Below are positions 14,095 to 27,143 of a stretch of DNA of 64,000 nucleotides, piece by piece; position 1 is the first letter of the stretch, and each line of letters opens with the position of its first letter. Source of the stretch: Octopus vulgaris (taxonomy: Eukaryota). Under the pieces are notes generated by a model. The model was not told the origin of the DNA, made no database searches, and saw nothing but the letters and a program-made list of their open reading frames with translations. Both the position numbers and the translations under genes were made by a program. Location: the NCBI GenBank assembly GCA_951406725.2, contig OX597816.1, positions 78,244,001 to 78,308,000 on the forward strand. Direction: 5' to 3'.

Positions 14095-14885
14095 CATTAT
14101 TTAGTTCTATTTAAAATTTTCTTGCCAATAAAGAGCCAGTTTCTAACCAAGATCCAAGGTTTCTTCATTGGAATTTCAACATCAACAGGGTATTAGTGCA
14201 TGTATGTGTGCAGAATGTGGAGTCTGTGCACGTGTAAATTTGTATGTTTTGTTAAAAATATATGTATTCTCATGCATATAGTTGCATGTCTAGATATGTG
14301 CATATATACTTAAATGATAAACTTCTGGAAAATCTTACAAACTTTTATAGTTCCATTGATAGCTTGAATTTTTAGTCTTCAAATTAGCTTTCTCCTTTCT
14401 AGTTGTGAGAAGCTTAATTTCTCACAATTGGTACTTAGGCAGTGTGTTATATATCCCAGTGCTCCAGAAATTACAGGTATAAACCTGAACTTGTAATCCA
14501 AGTAGAGTAACTAAGTTTCTTGATAGTCCAGGGTAGGTGTTTTCATTTTTACCTTTATGTTTGTCTGTCTGTCTGTCAGTCAGTCAGTCTTTATTCAGTT
14601 TTTTTTTCAAGATTTTTTGCCAATAGCAAAAGAGTCGGTTTCTAACCTAGATCCAAGGCTCCTTCATTGGAATTTCAATAACACCAACAGGATATTTTTG
14701 TATGAATGTATGTATATGTGCAGATTTGTATGCTTTGTTTTATATATGTATTCTCATGCATATAGTTGCATGTCTAGACATGCTCATATATACTTAAATG
14801 ATAAACTTCTGGAAAGTTTTACAGATTTTTACCATTCCAGTGATGGCTTGGTTCTGTAGTTTTCAAATCAGCTTTCTCCTTTCTG
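14095..14885 (-). mobile_element. Two tandem 3' fragments of an RLE-endonuclease non-LTR retrotransposon (R4/Dong/NeSL-like)
   Basis: Minus strand ~14330-14540 reads YKFRFIPVISGALGYI..INGTIKVCKIF, like the IPVxxGALG C-terminus of RLE elements. 14095-14405 is duplicated at 14590-14885. Confidence 0.6.
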
Positions 14886-15737
14886 TCTGTGTGTGTGAGA
14901 GAGAGAGAGAGAGAGCATACGTGCGTGGGTTTGGGTAGGTGGGTGCTTTGCAGAGATTAATGTATGCATAATATATAGTTGAATAGGCAATATATGCCCA
15001 CCACCCACTGTTGTTAAATGACTAAAACAACTGATAAGAAAACCCAATAAGTCTGTTAATCAGAAAATGGCCTGGCATGTCTATATCAATAGCCTTTCTG
15101 GCAACATTTTATCTCCTGTCTGTTAAATGTTAATTTCGCCCATGTGATGCCAAATCTAAACTGCTTCTCTAAGTTAGTGTAGTCACTAACCATCTCCATA
15201 ATGATGAAGTCTGTCAAGTTTTTAATCCAGAAATGTTACATATAAAAGTTGCATGTCTCTGATGAGTCAACATTATGCCTTGATTATTCAATTTATAATA
15301 ACTACCTCATGTTAATGAAATGTAAGATGGTATAACTAAATTTGTTATAAGCAATCTCTCATGTTTTGTTTTGTTTCCTACATGTATTCTAAGTAACATT
15401 TAAACCTGGGTCTCTTAACAAAGGATACAGTTGTGAAACATAAACTGAAATAAACATGGAGTTCTAAGTACTGGTTATTTGTTGCACAATTTAAGTTTTA
15501 AATTGTATTAGATGAACCAACAACTATACGTTGCAAACTCTCATCTGTCTCAGCAATATTGGAAAGGAATAACATGACAGGTTTCTTTCAGATTCCATTG
15601 ACCAAATTCATTCACTGAGTTTATAGCAGGATACACCTGCCCAAGGTGCTACATGTTGGATTTGAATCTGGAATCATGTAGTCAGGAGGCAAACATCTTA
15701 CCACATAACCATGTCTGTGCCTATATATATATATATA

Positions 15738-17180
15738 GCAGTTGAGGGAACCTGTGGAAGAGGTAGACCCAGGAAAACCTGGGACGAGGTGGTGAAGCAC
15801 GACCTTCGAACTTTAGGTCTCACTAAGGAAATGTCTAGAGACCGAGACCTGTTGAGGCAGAGGCAAGTGTGTGACACTTGTGGTCCGAACGTGGCCGTAG
15901 CCAGTACCGCATCGACTGGCCTCTGTGATGTGGGCACTTAACAAACACCATCCGATCGTGGCCGTTCAAATCAAAATAGATGAACATCAATGGAATTTGT
16001 ATCTTTGTGGTACCAGTGCCGGTGGCACACAAGAAAACCATCCGAACGTGGCCGTAGCCAGTACCGCATAGAAGATCTGACTGGCCTGGTGCAGCCTTCG
16101 GGCTCCCCAGACCCCAGTTGAACCGTCCAACCCATGCTAGCATGGAAAATGGACGCTAAATGATGATGATATATATATATATATATAGGCTGGGAAAAGT
16201 TCAGAGAGCTCCTACTCCTGCTGGCAACAAAGGGCATCTCTCACAGAGTGAAAGTGTTTAATGCCCATGTGCAAACAGCTCTGCTACATGGCAGAGAAAC
16301 ATGAGCTGTAACAGCCAAGGATATGCGTAGGATTGAAAGAAATGAGGCTGGATGTGCAATGTCAGTGTGCATGTTTGTCAGAGTGTAAGCATCTTGAGAG
16401 AAAAGTTAAGCATAAGAGGTATCAGATGTGGTGTGCAAGAAAGACAACTATGCTGGTATAGTGATGAGATGCATATGAATGAGGACAGCTGTGTAAAGAA
16501 GTGCTGATCTCTAACTATGGAGGGAACTTGTGGTAAAAGTAGACCCAGGAAGACATGGGACGATGTGGTGGAGTATGATCTTTAAACTTTGAACCTCAAG
16601 AGGCAATGACTAGTAACTGAGACCTTTGGCAATGTGCTACACTTGAGAGGACCTGGCAAGCCAAGTGCACCCATGCTGGTGTCACATAAAGAACACCTTT
16701 AAAACATTGGGCCTCACAGAGGCAAAGTGACTGAGTTCCTTTCGAGCACTGGGCCTCATGGAGGCAAAGTGGCTGAATTCGTTTTGAGCGTTGAGCATCA
16801 CAGAGGCAAAGTAGCTGAGTTCCTTTCGAGTGTTGGTCCTCATGAAAGCAATGACCAAGACCTTTGACATTATGTTATGCTTGAGAAGACCCATCAAGCT
16901 GAGCAAAATTACGGTCATGGCAGATACTAGTATCACACAAATTGGCACCTGTGCTGGTGGCACATAAAAGTACCCCAGTGTCATACAAATGGCACCCATG
17001 CTGGTAACACATAAAATCCCCCATTACACTCTTGGGGTAGTTGGTATGAGGAAGGGCATCCAGCTGAACAAAACCATGACAAATCAGACTTGACTCTGAT
17101 GCAGCCTTCAAGTATGCCAGTCCGGTGAAACCATCAAATCTATGCCAGCATGGACAACGGACATTAAGTGATGATGATGA
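15738..17180 (+). mobile_element. Composite of RTE LINE fragments (ORF2 end and 3' UTR pieces)
   Basis: VEGTCGRGRPRKTWDEVVKHDL at 15738-15845. An older ORF2 copy lies at 16188-16660. 3' UTR blocks with GAT tails end at ~16170 and ~17180. Confidence 0.85.
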
Positions 17181-17433
17181 TATATTTATTGTTTTATTCT
17201 TTTACTTGTTTCAATCATTTGACTACAGCCATGCTGAAGAACTGCCTTAAAAGGTTTCTTAGTCGAAGAAATTGACGTCATGACTTACTCTTTGTATGTA
17301 CTTATTCTATTGATCTCTTTTGTTGATCCACTAAGTTACAGGGACGTAAACACACCAATATCAGTTGTCAAGCGATGGTAGAGGGACAAACATAGACATA
17401 AAGACACACATACATATATACATACATACATAC

Positions 17434-17588
17434 ATATAATTATATTAAGGGAGAAAGTTGAAAATTAACTTATCTCCTCCATACTGAATTAATGTCTAAA
17501 ACATTACGAAGCTACCAAGAAATGTAATGTTTTAGGCATTAATTCCGTATGGAGGAGATAAGTCATGTTTCAACTTTCTCCCTTAATA

Positions 17589-17597
<9 letters not shown>
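17434..17597. repeat. Palindrome with ~74-bp arms and 16-nt spacer
   Basis: 17434-17507 is the reverse complement of 17524-17597 with a few mismatches; flanked by TA microsatellite. Confidence 0.9.
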
Positions 17598-17620
<23 letters not shown>

Positions 17621-17760
17621 ATCATTAATTTGATATATAAATTGCTTATTTCCATGCTGACTATGTGATAATTATCATTAATGTGATTTTTATCCTTATT
17701 TTATGTATGTATGTATATATATATATATGTATACACACACACAAACACACATATATATAT

Positions 17761-18454
17761 ATGGTGCTTTTACATGCCACCGACACGGGGCCAGACAGAG
17801 CTGGCAAACGGCCACGAACGGATGGTGCTTTTCCGTGCCGGTGACACGTAAAAGCACCATCCATTCGTGGCCGTTTGCCAGCTCTGTCTAGCCCCGTGTC
17901 GGTGGCACGTAAAAGCACAATCTGTTCGTGTCCGTAGCCAGCCTCGCCTGGCCCCCGTGCCGGTGACACATAAAAGCACCATCCGTTCATGGCCGTTTGC
18001 CAACTCTGTCTGGCCCCCGTGTCGGTGGCACGTAAAAGCCCCATCCATTCGTGTCCGTTGCCAGCCTCGCCTGGCCCCCGTGCTGGTGACACGTAAAAGC
18101 ACCATCCGTTCGTGGCCGTTTGCCAGCTCTGTCTGGCCCCCGTGTCGGTGGCACGTAAAAGCACCATCCGTTCGTGTCCGTTACCAGCATCGCCTGGCCC
18201 CGTGCCGGTGACACGTAAAAGCACCATATGTTCGTAGCCGTTTGCCAGCTCTGTCTGGCACCTGTGCAGGTGGCACGTAAAAAGCACCCGCTACACTCAC
18301 GGAGTGGTTGGCGTTAGGAAGGGCATCCAGCCGTAGAAACACTGCCAGATCTGACTGGGCCTGACGAAGCCTTCCAGCTTCACAGACCCCAGTTGAACCG
18401 TCCAACCCATGCTAGCATGGAAAGCGGACGCTAAATGATGATGATGATGATGAT
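17761..18454 (+). mobile_element. Young RTE 3'-UTR copy with ~8 tandem ~61-bp units and a 5' inversion
   Basis: AAAAGCACC-type units at ~17850, 17911, 17972, 18034, 18095, 18157, 18217 and 18280. 17761-17832 is the same unit inverted. (GAT)n tail. Confidence 0.88.
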
Positions 18455-18455
18455 G

Positions 18456-18612
18456 GGCGTCTTTCAGTTTCTGTCTACCAAATACACTCGCAAGACTTTG
18501 GTCAGCCTGCGGCTATAGTAGAAGACACTTGCCCAAGGTGCCACACAGTGGGATTCAACCTGGAACTATGTGGTTGGGAAGCAAGCTTCTTACCACACAG
18601 ACAGCTGCACCT
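18456..18612 (-). mobile_element. tRNA-derived SINE (CORE-like)
   Basis: Reverse complement of the 38565 family, including ACCTTGGGCAAGTGTCTT. Confidence 0.75.
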
Positions 18613-18649
18613 ATACATATATATATGGGGTAAAATTTCTACTAGATGG

Positions 18650-19520
18650 AGAGTGACCTGGTGGTGGAACAGTGAGATAGGTGGGGCCATAATAGTAAAG
18701 AGTCAGGCTTGGAAAGACTGGAGAATTGGAAGCAGTAAAGAGCTATATCAGGCAGCCAAGAGTGAAGCTAGTTAACAGATTTATCAACCAGTGGGGAAAC
18801 AGAAAGGAAGAGGTTTGCCAATGTCATACAGCATGAAGATCAGAGGTGTTCAGGATTGCTAGACAGTGTGTCAGAGAGAATTGAGGTGTTGTGGGAGAGA
18901 AGTGTGTCATCATCATCGTTATTTAACGTCTGCTTTCCATGCTAGCATGGGTTGGCCGATTTGACTGAGGACTGGCCAACCAGATGGCTGCACCAGGCTC
19001 CAATCTTGATCTGGCAGAGTTTTACAGCTGGATGCCCTTCCTAACGCTAACCACTCCGAGAGTGTAGTGGGTGCTTTTACATGCCAGTGGCACAAGGGGC
19101 AGTCAGGCGGTACTGGCAACGGTCATGGAAAATCATATTTTTTTTGTATGCTTGCACTCAGTGACTCCGAAAAAAAAAAGAGGTGTGGACGGGCTATTAA
19201 ATAAGGAGAATGAATGGGAGAAAGAGAACATCCTCTATGTGAACCCAACAGAGTTGACAGCAGTATGATAGATAAGGTATGAAGACAGAGGAAGCCCCTG
19301 GCTTATCAGGAGTCACTGATGAGATGTTTAAGATATCTGGTGCAATAGGCTTAGTCATCTAAATAGTTAATCAGGTTATTCAGGAAGGTGTCATCCCTAG
19401 TGAATGGTGTAGCAGTATTATAGTCAGCTGCCACAAGAGTAAGGGAGATGCCTTAGATAGAGGTAATTACAGAGGCATCAAATTGCTGGACCAGGTCATG
19501 AAAGTGACAGAAAGAGTATA
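18650..19520 (+). mobile_element. Degraded RTE ORF2 segment interrupted by an inverted 3'-UTR copy (18908-19130)
   Basis: TWWWNSE, KAPGLSGVTDEML, KGDALDRGNYRGIKLLDQVMKVTER motifs with stops. Confidence 0.8.
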
Positions 19521-19539
19521 ATGGGACTAGAAGGTTCAT

Positions 19540-20095
19540 GATACCTGTGGAGTATCTACTTCTCCCATTACAATTATTTTTTGTAGTCTTAGGTCAGGTC
19601 CCATTACATCTAGATCTCAGCCTTCGAAAGGATTTTAGGTGGGTTTTTTGTTATAGCAGATCTACCATATCCTATTCTGGGCATGGACTTCTTAAACCAT
19701 TTTCACTTATTAGTAGATGTCAGGTGACAGAGACTCGTGAACAATTCTACGTCTTTGTTCAAGCCTACTCGTATTACTTCTAATGCTATTTTCAGTCCAT
19801 CATTTTTTGTCGCCACTGCTGGTGACCAGTTCCGCTCCCTTTTAGCTTCTTTCCCAGTGCTGGTGGATCTGACTTTCACACACTCAACTCGCCATTATAT
19901 CACTACTTCTGGACCACTTGTTTTTTTGCATCCACGCCGACTCGCTCCTGATTGGCTCAAAAAGGCTCATTCTGAGCTCGGCCTTATTCACCCCCTCCAC
20001 CAGCCCTTGGGCATCTCCTCTACATTTGGCAAGGAAAAGGGATTCAGAGGTTTGCCCAGTGGGGGATTACAGACATTTAAATGCTACGATGACAA
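19540..20095 (+). mobile_element. Ty3/Gypsy pol fragment (protease end to RT start), degenerate
   Basis: LDLSLRKDFRWVF, ADLPYPILG, HYITTSGP..PRRLAPD, STSPWASPLHL, GDYRHLNA. Confidence 0.85.
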
Positions 20096-20973
20096 TGATG
20101 ATTAGGCAAAATATTCTTTTCTATTCTAAGCACAAGACCCGAAATTTTTGGGGAGGGGGTCAGTCAATTAGATTGACCCCAGAACGCAACTGATATTTGA
20201 TTTATCGACCCTGGATTGGGCATAATATTAAGTTAGGTAATATTGTTCTCCTGCTAGTGAAGCAAGGGAGGTAACTAGAAAACCATTTTCTTCCATTGAT
20301 TTACTCAAGGCTGAGCGTGTGTTAGATAATGGTTGGGTAAGTGTTGGATGACAACAATTGACTATGTAAACTATACACTAGCTTTGTAGTAAACTTGAAA
20401 GCTCAATATCTAATATTGTTGCTCTATTTAGTCTGACTCAAAATATAAATGTGAAGAACCCTCACCACCAATATAAATAGAATAAAGACAAATTATTTTT
20501 CTCCTTAAAATTTAATCAACTAATCTGCTTTCCACATAGGTGACTTTTTCTATAGTCTTTGGGGTTAGTAAATTAGCTGACCTAAATAGTAATATTTTGG
20601 TAATACTTGGAATATATATTAGGCTTAGCTATTTTTGACTTGTTCAGTAAATGTTTAACCACTGTAAGAAGTCTTAATATAGAATTCAATACCACCTCGA
20701 TTTTAGTTTATTTACTTTTTTAATGTTTATATGTCCTCTCACTCATTGTTGGCTTTGGACAACAATGGGCAGTTTACTACTATATCCTGATGGTTCTCTG
20801 CATTAACTGTAAATAAAATGAAAGAAATTAAGAGTGCATTCTATATCAGGCACACACACATTGGAAAACCTAGAAGTGCACTGGTCAATAAGTGTAGAGC
20901 ACCACCTGACCCAATGAAAACTCGTCAAGAGTCACCTCAACAACCCGTGAGCCAGCAGTGAATAGCATCTGCT

Positions 20974-21496
20974 TTGGTTTCACCATCTGACCTCATTCCA
21001 ACCAACCCTACCTCAGTAAGTCGGAATTCACGGCAACAGACTACTATCATTACAGCAGATCAGAATTTGCTTCAACAACAACGGTCTTCTACTACCACCA
21101 CCACTACTACTACATTAGGAACATTGACCAAACGGTTCTCTTTCCACCCCACATGCCAATATAGAAAAACTTCTTTCTGTTGTTATCATTCTCAAGATAT
21201 TTGAAGATTTGGATCCAGCAACACCAACAACAAAGGAATCTGCCCTTTCTTCCATTCTCCCTTATGCAGTACACTTATAAAGGACACCTGTCCATATGGT
21301 ATAACAGGAAAAGACTGTTCCCATCTTCACCCTAAATGCTATCCAAGATACAAAGTCCATGGCCCTGACCCTAGGTATGGATGCACAAAAAGCAATAGGT
21401 GTGCCTTCTTCCATTTTAAACTATGCCAGAATTCTGATTCTAAGGATATGCCCAAGCTTGGATTGCAGCTACCACCATCTGAAAGGCACAAAATGA
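20974..21496 (+). pseudogene. Degenerate multi-CCCH zinc-finger ORF, probably LINE ORF1
   Basis: From 21241: CPFFHSPLCSTLIKDTCPYGITGKDCSHLHPKCYPRYKVHGPDPRYGCTKSNRCAFFHFKLCQNS, frameshift, ICPSLDCSYHHLKGTK*. In-frame stop at 21202-21204. Confidence 0.7.
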
Positions 21497-22299
21497 ATGC
21501 AAAATAAACAGCAACAGGGCAGTGCAACAAAAACAAAATCAAAATACAACCGCACTCCACTTACTAACACCAACCAACGAAGAATCCTATCCATCAGAAG
21601 GAACTGTCATGAAGGTGTAGGGGATGGCTGTAATGATAGACAAAGGATAAATGATATGAGATGCTGGTAGGTGAATTGAAATTGGGCTGTGTATAATGAA
21701 TGCACAACACACATGAACAATTAACAAAATTTTATTTTATCGCACAAATAATTTATGTTGGTCATGAATTCGAACAAACTACAAAGTTTATATGCTGGGA
21801 AGAATATTATGTAGCTCTTACAAATAGTTGATTAAAAAGGCTTTATAACCAAGCTGCCAAAACAGGAGAAAATATACAGACTGGATTTATGTCGGCAAAC
21901 TGTAGTGGCATATCTAGGTTCAGTAAGGGCCATGATGACGACAATTAAACACAGCAAAATGAGCATGTGGTTAGCTTAGCTGTAGGCCACCATATGTGAG
22001 ATGTGTGAACTGAGCTGGTCTCCACAAATAAAGCAGGCAAGAGTGGGGACATTTTCTCAGAAGTCTTCAACATGTCTGTCAAGTTGGTGCTAAAAATATG
22101 CCTATTTATAAGTCTTGATAGAGACGTTCTGCAGGCTTCTAGAATGATCTATCATATGATATCTGGCTGCTGATTGTGCCCTAACTCAGCTGCTCACATG
22201 AAAAAGCTGTTACTAAAACCCTGATTTTAACTTGGCAATTTGTTGATTCAGTTTCCAATCTTACTACAGAACTAAGAGAAAACCATAACAGCTTATAAA

Positions 22300-23430
22300 A
22301 TAAACAAGCATAGCACATGACGTTATCAAATGACTAACCAAAGATGTAATTCTTTTTTACTGACTTATCTGGAGAATATGAAGGCTGGTCTAAGCCTGGC
22401 AACTCAGCAGGCTGTCAGCAGCTTTATATCTAAAGCTTCTCTGAACTCCTAAACCATGAGTCAGTTGTTGATGAAACAGTGATTGATACTATGCAACAAA
22501 GACCTATCATTGACTCCTTAAATTCCATGCCCTCAATAAATGAGGTAATGACAGCAATAAATAAATTGGATCTTGGTAGGGCACCTGGAAAGGATGGAAT
22601 TTGTGCTGAGGTCTTGCGATTTGGTGGTGATTAAATCATACAGTCCCTTCATGAAATTATTAGTGCAGTCTGGAGGGATAGTGCAATGCCTAAGGACTGA
22701 AAGGATGCAATTATTCTTCCTCACTATAAAGTAAAAGGAGCCAGAACAATGTGTGGAAACTACAGAGGTATTGCTCTACTATCAGCTGCTGATAAGGTTC
22801 TGGCAAATATTCTTCTTACCCGCCTGAATGAGTATTTCATAAATGATGTCCTGTCTGAATCTCAATGTGGCTTCTGATCTGATAGAGGGACAATGGATAT
22901 GATTTTCACAAGACAGATGCAGGAGAAGTGCTATGAGCAGAATGTGAATCTTGTTCAGGTATTCATTGATTTAATGAAAGCCTTTGATACTGTGAATAGG
23001 GCCTTGCTATGGAAAATACTTAGCAAACTTGGATGTCCAGCAATATATTGTGAGCATGGTGCTTTACAGCCAGTAGTTGCTGAATTTCAGCATCATTTTC
23101 ATCAAACCAGTCTCTGTGTCTGGTAGTAGTATATCCCAGTGTTTCAGCAGCACATTGAAGAACCTGGTCTCGAAAATCTTCCCATGCTGGACAAGCAACT
23201 CTGAAGCTCTTTCCTCTACACAGCATCATAAATCTTGTGGATGCCGACTGGCGCACTTCTCTTTCACTCTACTCATCATCTGGGACCTTGCTCATACCAG
23301 ACTGTGGTCTGTCCAGCATTCTGATCCATGAAAGGACCCATTCCTGTAGAGAATGGTGTCAAGCAGGGTGACATCCTTGCCCCAACTCTCTTTTCTTTGT
23401 ACTTTGCTGCTGCTTTTACTCATGCTTTTG
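22300..23430 (+). mobile_element. RTE-BovB-like LINE RT fragment with an internal inverted segment (~23041-23325)
   Basis: APGKDGI, CGNYRGIALLS, ESQCGF, FIDLMKAFDTVNR, NGVKQGDILAPTLFS on +. RHRDWFDEND, an upstream ORF2 motif, is on - in the middle. Confidence 0.88.
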
Positions 23431-23512
23431 TTAAGGTTAGCTCTCTAGGAATATATGTCAGTTTTTATAAATATGTTTAATTTTGGAGAAACTTTTTTAT
23501 TTCAATACTGTG

Positions 23513-23544
<32 letters not shown>

Positions 23545-24776
23545 CTTATCTTACACATATATAAAAGAAAGTTGTCTGTTTGTGTCAAGTTGCCATCTAC
23601 ACCTGTTAACAAATTTTCGTGAAACTTTGCAAACATGCTAAAGTAACATCCAGTTTGTTACTAAGCTCATTGAAGTTTAATAAGAATCTATAATTGGATG
23701 GCTAGGGCTTCTGGAAGGGATCCACATAAATAACTATTAATAGCCAAGGGAAATAACCCATTCATTTTCCTATCCAAGGGATTTTCTTCTTACATTTCAC
23801 TTCCACTAGATATATCTATTTCCAAGCCTTTAAGCTTTTATTTTAATTCACATATCGCTCTATATTTCTCCTTTATTAGTTTTCTGCTTATTTCTTTCTT
23901 TTACCCCTTCTCTTTCTATAGGCTACCTTTGACATTATATTTATGAACATTAAAAAAAAAAACAACTTAATAGCGTTCTGTTCAGGTTCTGGACAAGCAC
24001 AAACACACAGCTATTTACACCCACCCACTCACACACACAATGGGCTATAGTAGGAGACATTTGGTGTCACACACTGGTGCTAAATCCAGAAGCATATAGC
24101 AAAGAAACAAAGTTCTTACCACACAGACAGGACTGTGTCTTACAACAGAGCTTATAGAAAAAAATAATTGGTAACCAGCTTCTGAAAAATTCTAATTAAT
24201 AATTATTATTAATTTGCATTTTATGTATATTTCTTCTAGCGTAACAAGCAACAAATTAAAGTTTCTTTGGGATCTTGTTATATTACTTTCCGACTTTTGC
24301 CAGAATATTTTTAAAAGGCATAGTTTAGATGTAGCTTAAATTTATAGTTTAATGGCACCCAGCTAATGTTTTTTCCTCATTTTCCTTTTTCTTGTGCTAT
24401 CAACTAATCTCCACCAAAATCGGAGGTGGGTGGGCCCTCGGAATCCACCCCACCACCTCGCCTCGGAGTTATTTTTTTTAGTATCACCTTTTTTTTTCAT
24501 GTGCTATCAACTAATCTCAGCTCCTAGTATACTGAAAACGATTTTTTTCCCCTTTGTGGAGTATTAGGAGATCAGAATAGTGGCTGTTTTCTTATGCCTA
24601 ATAACTACTGTTTCTAGCATATTAAACAACCACATTGAGGTCCAGCAACCTTTGAGTTTATCTAAAAGAAAGAGAAAAATGCTTTATACAGCAAATTCCG
24701 ATATAATCGTAATCTACACCATCTGAGATATATATGTAGGAAATTTTATTAAATTATCCATGTTCTTGAAAGTTAC

Positions 24777-24814
<38 letters not shown>

Positions 24815-25836
24815 CATACATAATATGTGTATGTATGTATATGCATAAGATCATCATCATCATTTAAACTCCGTTTTTGATGCTGGCATGGATTGGACTG
24901 TTTGATGGGGGTCAACAAGCCAGGGGCTACGTCTGGCACCTGTCTGGTTTGGCATGTTTTTTGTGGCTAGATTCCCTTCTTAATGCCACCATTTTACAGC
25001 GTGGACTGAGGGTTTTTACGTGGAACCGCATGGTAGCATGGTTTTAACAGCTGGACGTCCTTCCTAAACCCACCACTTTACAACATGGACTGAGTGCTTT
25101 TACGTGGCAACACATGGAAACATTGTTTCAATGGCTGGATGCCCTTCCTAACACCACCACTTTACAACGTGGACTGGATGCTTTTATGTGACACCAATGT
25201 GGTGCCATTGGAGTCTGGTGCAGCCATCTGGTTCGCTGGACCTCAGTCAACTCGCCAACCCATACTAGCATGGAAAACGGACGTTAACCGATGATGATAT
25301 ATATATATACATATACATACATACACATATACATCATATACACACACACACACACACATTATACTCTGTTTTAAATAAACTGAAAGGCAGCCAGTCCTTA
25401 ACATGGCTGTTTAGTATACTAGAAATAGCAGTTATTAAACATACAAAACAACCACTATGTTGCAAAGGGCGAAAAAAAAAGTCCTCTGTAATTTATTAGG
25501 AGGCAAGATTAGTTGATGGCACCTGAAAACAAATTGAGGTAAAACAAAAAAATAACTCCTAGGCGGGGGAAAGGAATTTCTGAGGTGCAAGTAGACTGGG
25601 AACCTGGGGCCCACCAAAATTGTTCTGAATTGGGCCCCATATCTCGTAAGACCGGCTCTGTCTGTGTGTGTGTCTGTATGTATGTATGTACGTATAATAA
25701 TGAAATTATTGTATACAGTGCTCAGGTGCACCACAACTTGTCAGAAAGTGCGTATAAAGTGTATGCAGTAATGTACAAATGTCTGGAAAGCGAACAATGT
25801 ATGAGTCAGATACATGCTTGTGTGTGTATGTATATA

Positions 25837-26348
25837 CAGTAAATCCTCGAGTATAGTCCGCCCTTGAGTATTATACGTAGGGGAATTTTAGGGGGCTGTA
25901 CTTCTGAAAAACCTAAACCTTGTGTATAGTACGCACCCCTTCTCTAACTTGAGTCAAGGCGGTTATTATAACGTCCTTGATTTGTAAAAATGTATACGGT
26001 AACGTCCTTTATTATTATTATATATATAACATAATGCAAACGTGTAGCGTTTTTTGGCATTTTGTTTGCAGAAAATAAAGAAATAACAGTAATAACGTTT
26101 AATAAATGTTGCTTACTGCAAGTTATGGATGATTCTTTTATGACTTCATTGCTTTCAGGCGTAGCTTAAGGTATTTTCGTACCCGATATCACAAAATGTG
26201 TCTGAATAAACATTGCCAGACAGCAAATAGAGACTCGGACATTGCTTAGAAAATATTTTTCCTTTTTAACCTCGTATATAGTACGCACTAGGGGTTTTGA
26301 CCTTTAAATTTTGGGGAAAAAATGCGGATTATACGCGAGGATTTACGG
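25837..26348. mobile_element. Non-autonomous Tc1/mariner-superfamily (pogo/Tc2-like) MITE
   Basis: TA|CAGTAAATCCTCGAGTATAGTCCGC ... GCGGATTATACGCGAGGATTTACGG|TA: imperfect TIRs, TA target duplication, subterminal GTATAGTACGCAC repeats. Confidence 0.85.
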
Positions 26349-26744
26349 TATGTATGTTGACAAACCGCAGGTTTGCCAAGTTCTGGCAATGAAGCCGAAC
26401 AGAGTTGTTTCGCCTTGTATGATATATTAGGAGTTTGTCTGCTTGTATGTATATATGCATTTGTTTCGGAAACTACATGAGTATGTGACATTGACGAGTC
26501 GTAAAAACGGCGAAATGTGCTGCACATTGCTCTCGTGGTCATTTTCAGGAAAGTCTTATATTTTTTTTCTCAGAAGAAAACTGCAGCTTTTCGCTTTTTA
26601 ACCATACTCATACATTAAGCATGTCACACATAAAGATATATATATGTTTATGCGTCTATGTGCGATTCTGTGTGTGTGTGTGTGTCCATCCGTGCATGTA
26701 TGTGTGTGTCATCGCATTGACACTACTTCAGTGCTCTTTTACAC

Positions 26745-26931
26745 GTTTCAGTCATTTGACTGCTGCCATACTGGAACATCGCCCTTAGTCGAAGAAATCG
26801 ACCCCAGGACCTATTCTTTGTAAGCCTGGTACTTATTCTATAGGTCTCTTTTGCCGAACCGCTAGTTTTGGGGCCATAAACACGCCAACGTCGGTTGTCA
26901 AGCGATGGTGGGGGGACAAACACACAACCCC

Positions 26932-26979
<48 letters not shown>

Positions 26980-27143
26980 CATACACAATGAGATTCTTTC
27001 AGTTGCCGTCTACCAAATCCACTCACAAGGCTTTGGTCGGCCCGAGGTTATAGTAGAAGACACTTGCCCAAGGTTTCACGTAAGGGTACTGAACCCAGAA
27101 CCATGTGGTTGGGAAGCAAGCTTCTTACCACACTGCCACGCCC
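26745..27143 (-). mobile_element. Bipartite tRNA-derived SINE with internal microsatellite
   Basis: Reverse complement of 38565-38965. Confidence 0.8.

Noticed and set aside
13354-14196. 280-aa plus-strand ORF
   Set aside because: Antisense shadow of RTE ORF2.
17835-18290. CRISPR-like repeat/spacer appearance
   Set aside because: The spacers alternate between two recurring types, no cas genes are present, and the array is part of a LINE 3' UTR in animal DNA.
21605-22215. Possible solo LTR
   Set aside because: A TG start with reverse TATA and poly(A) motifs is present, but there is no clean CA end, TSD or second copy.
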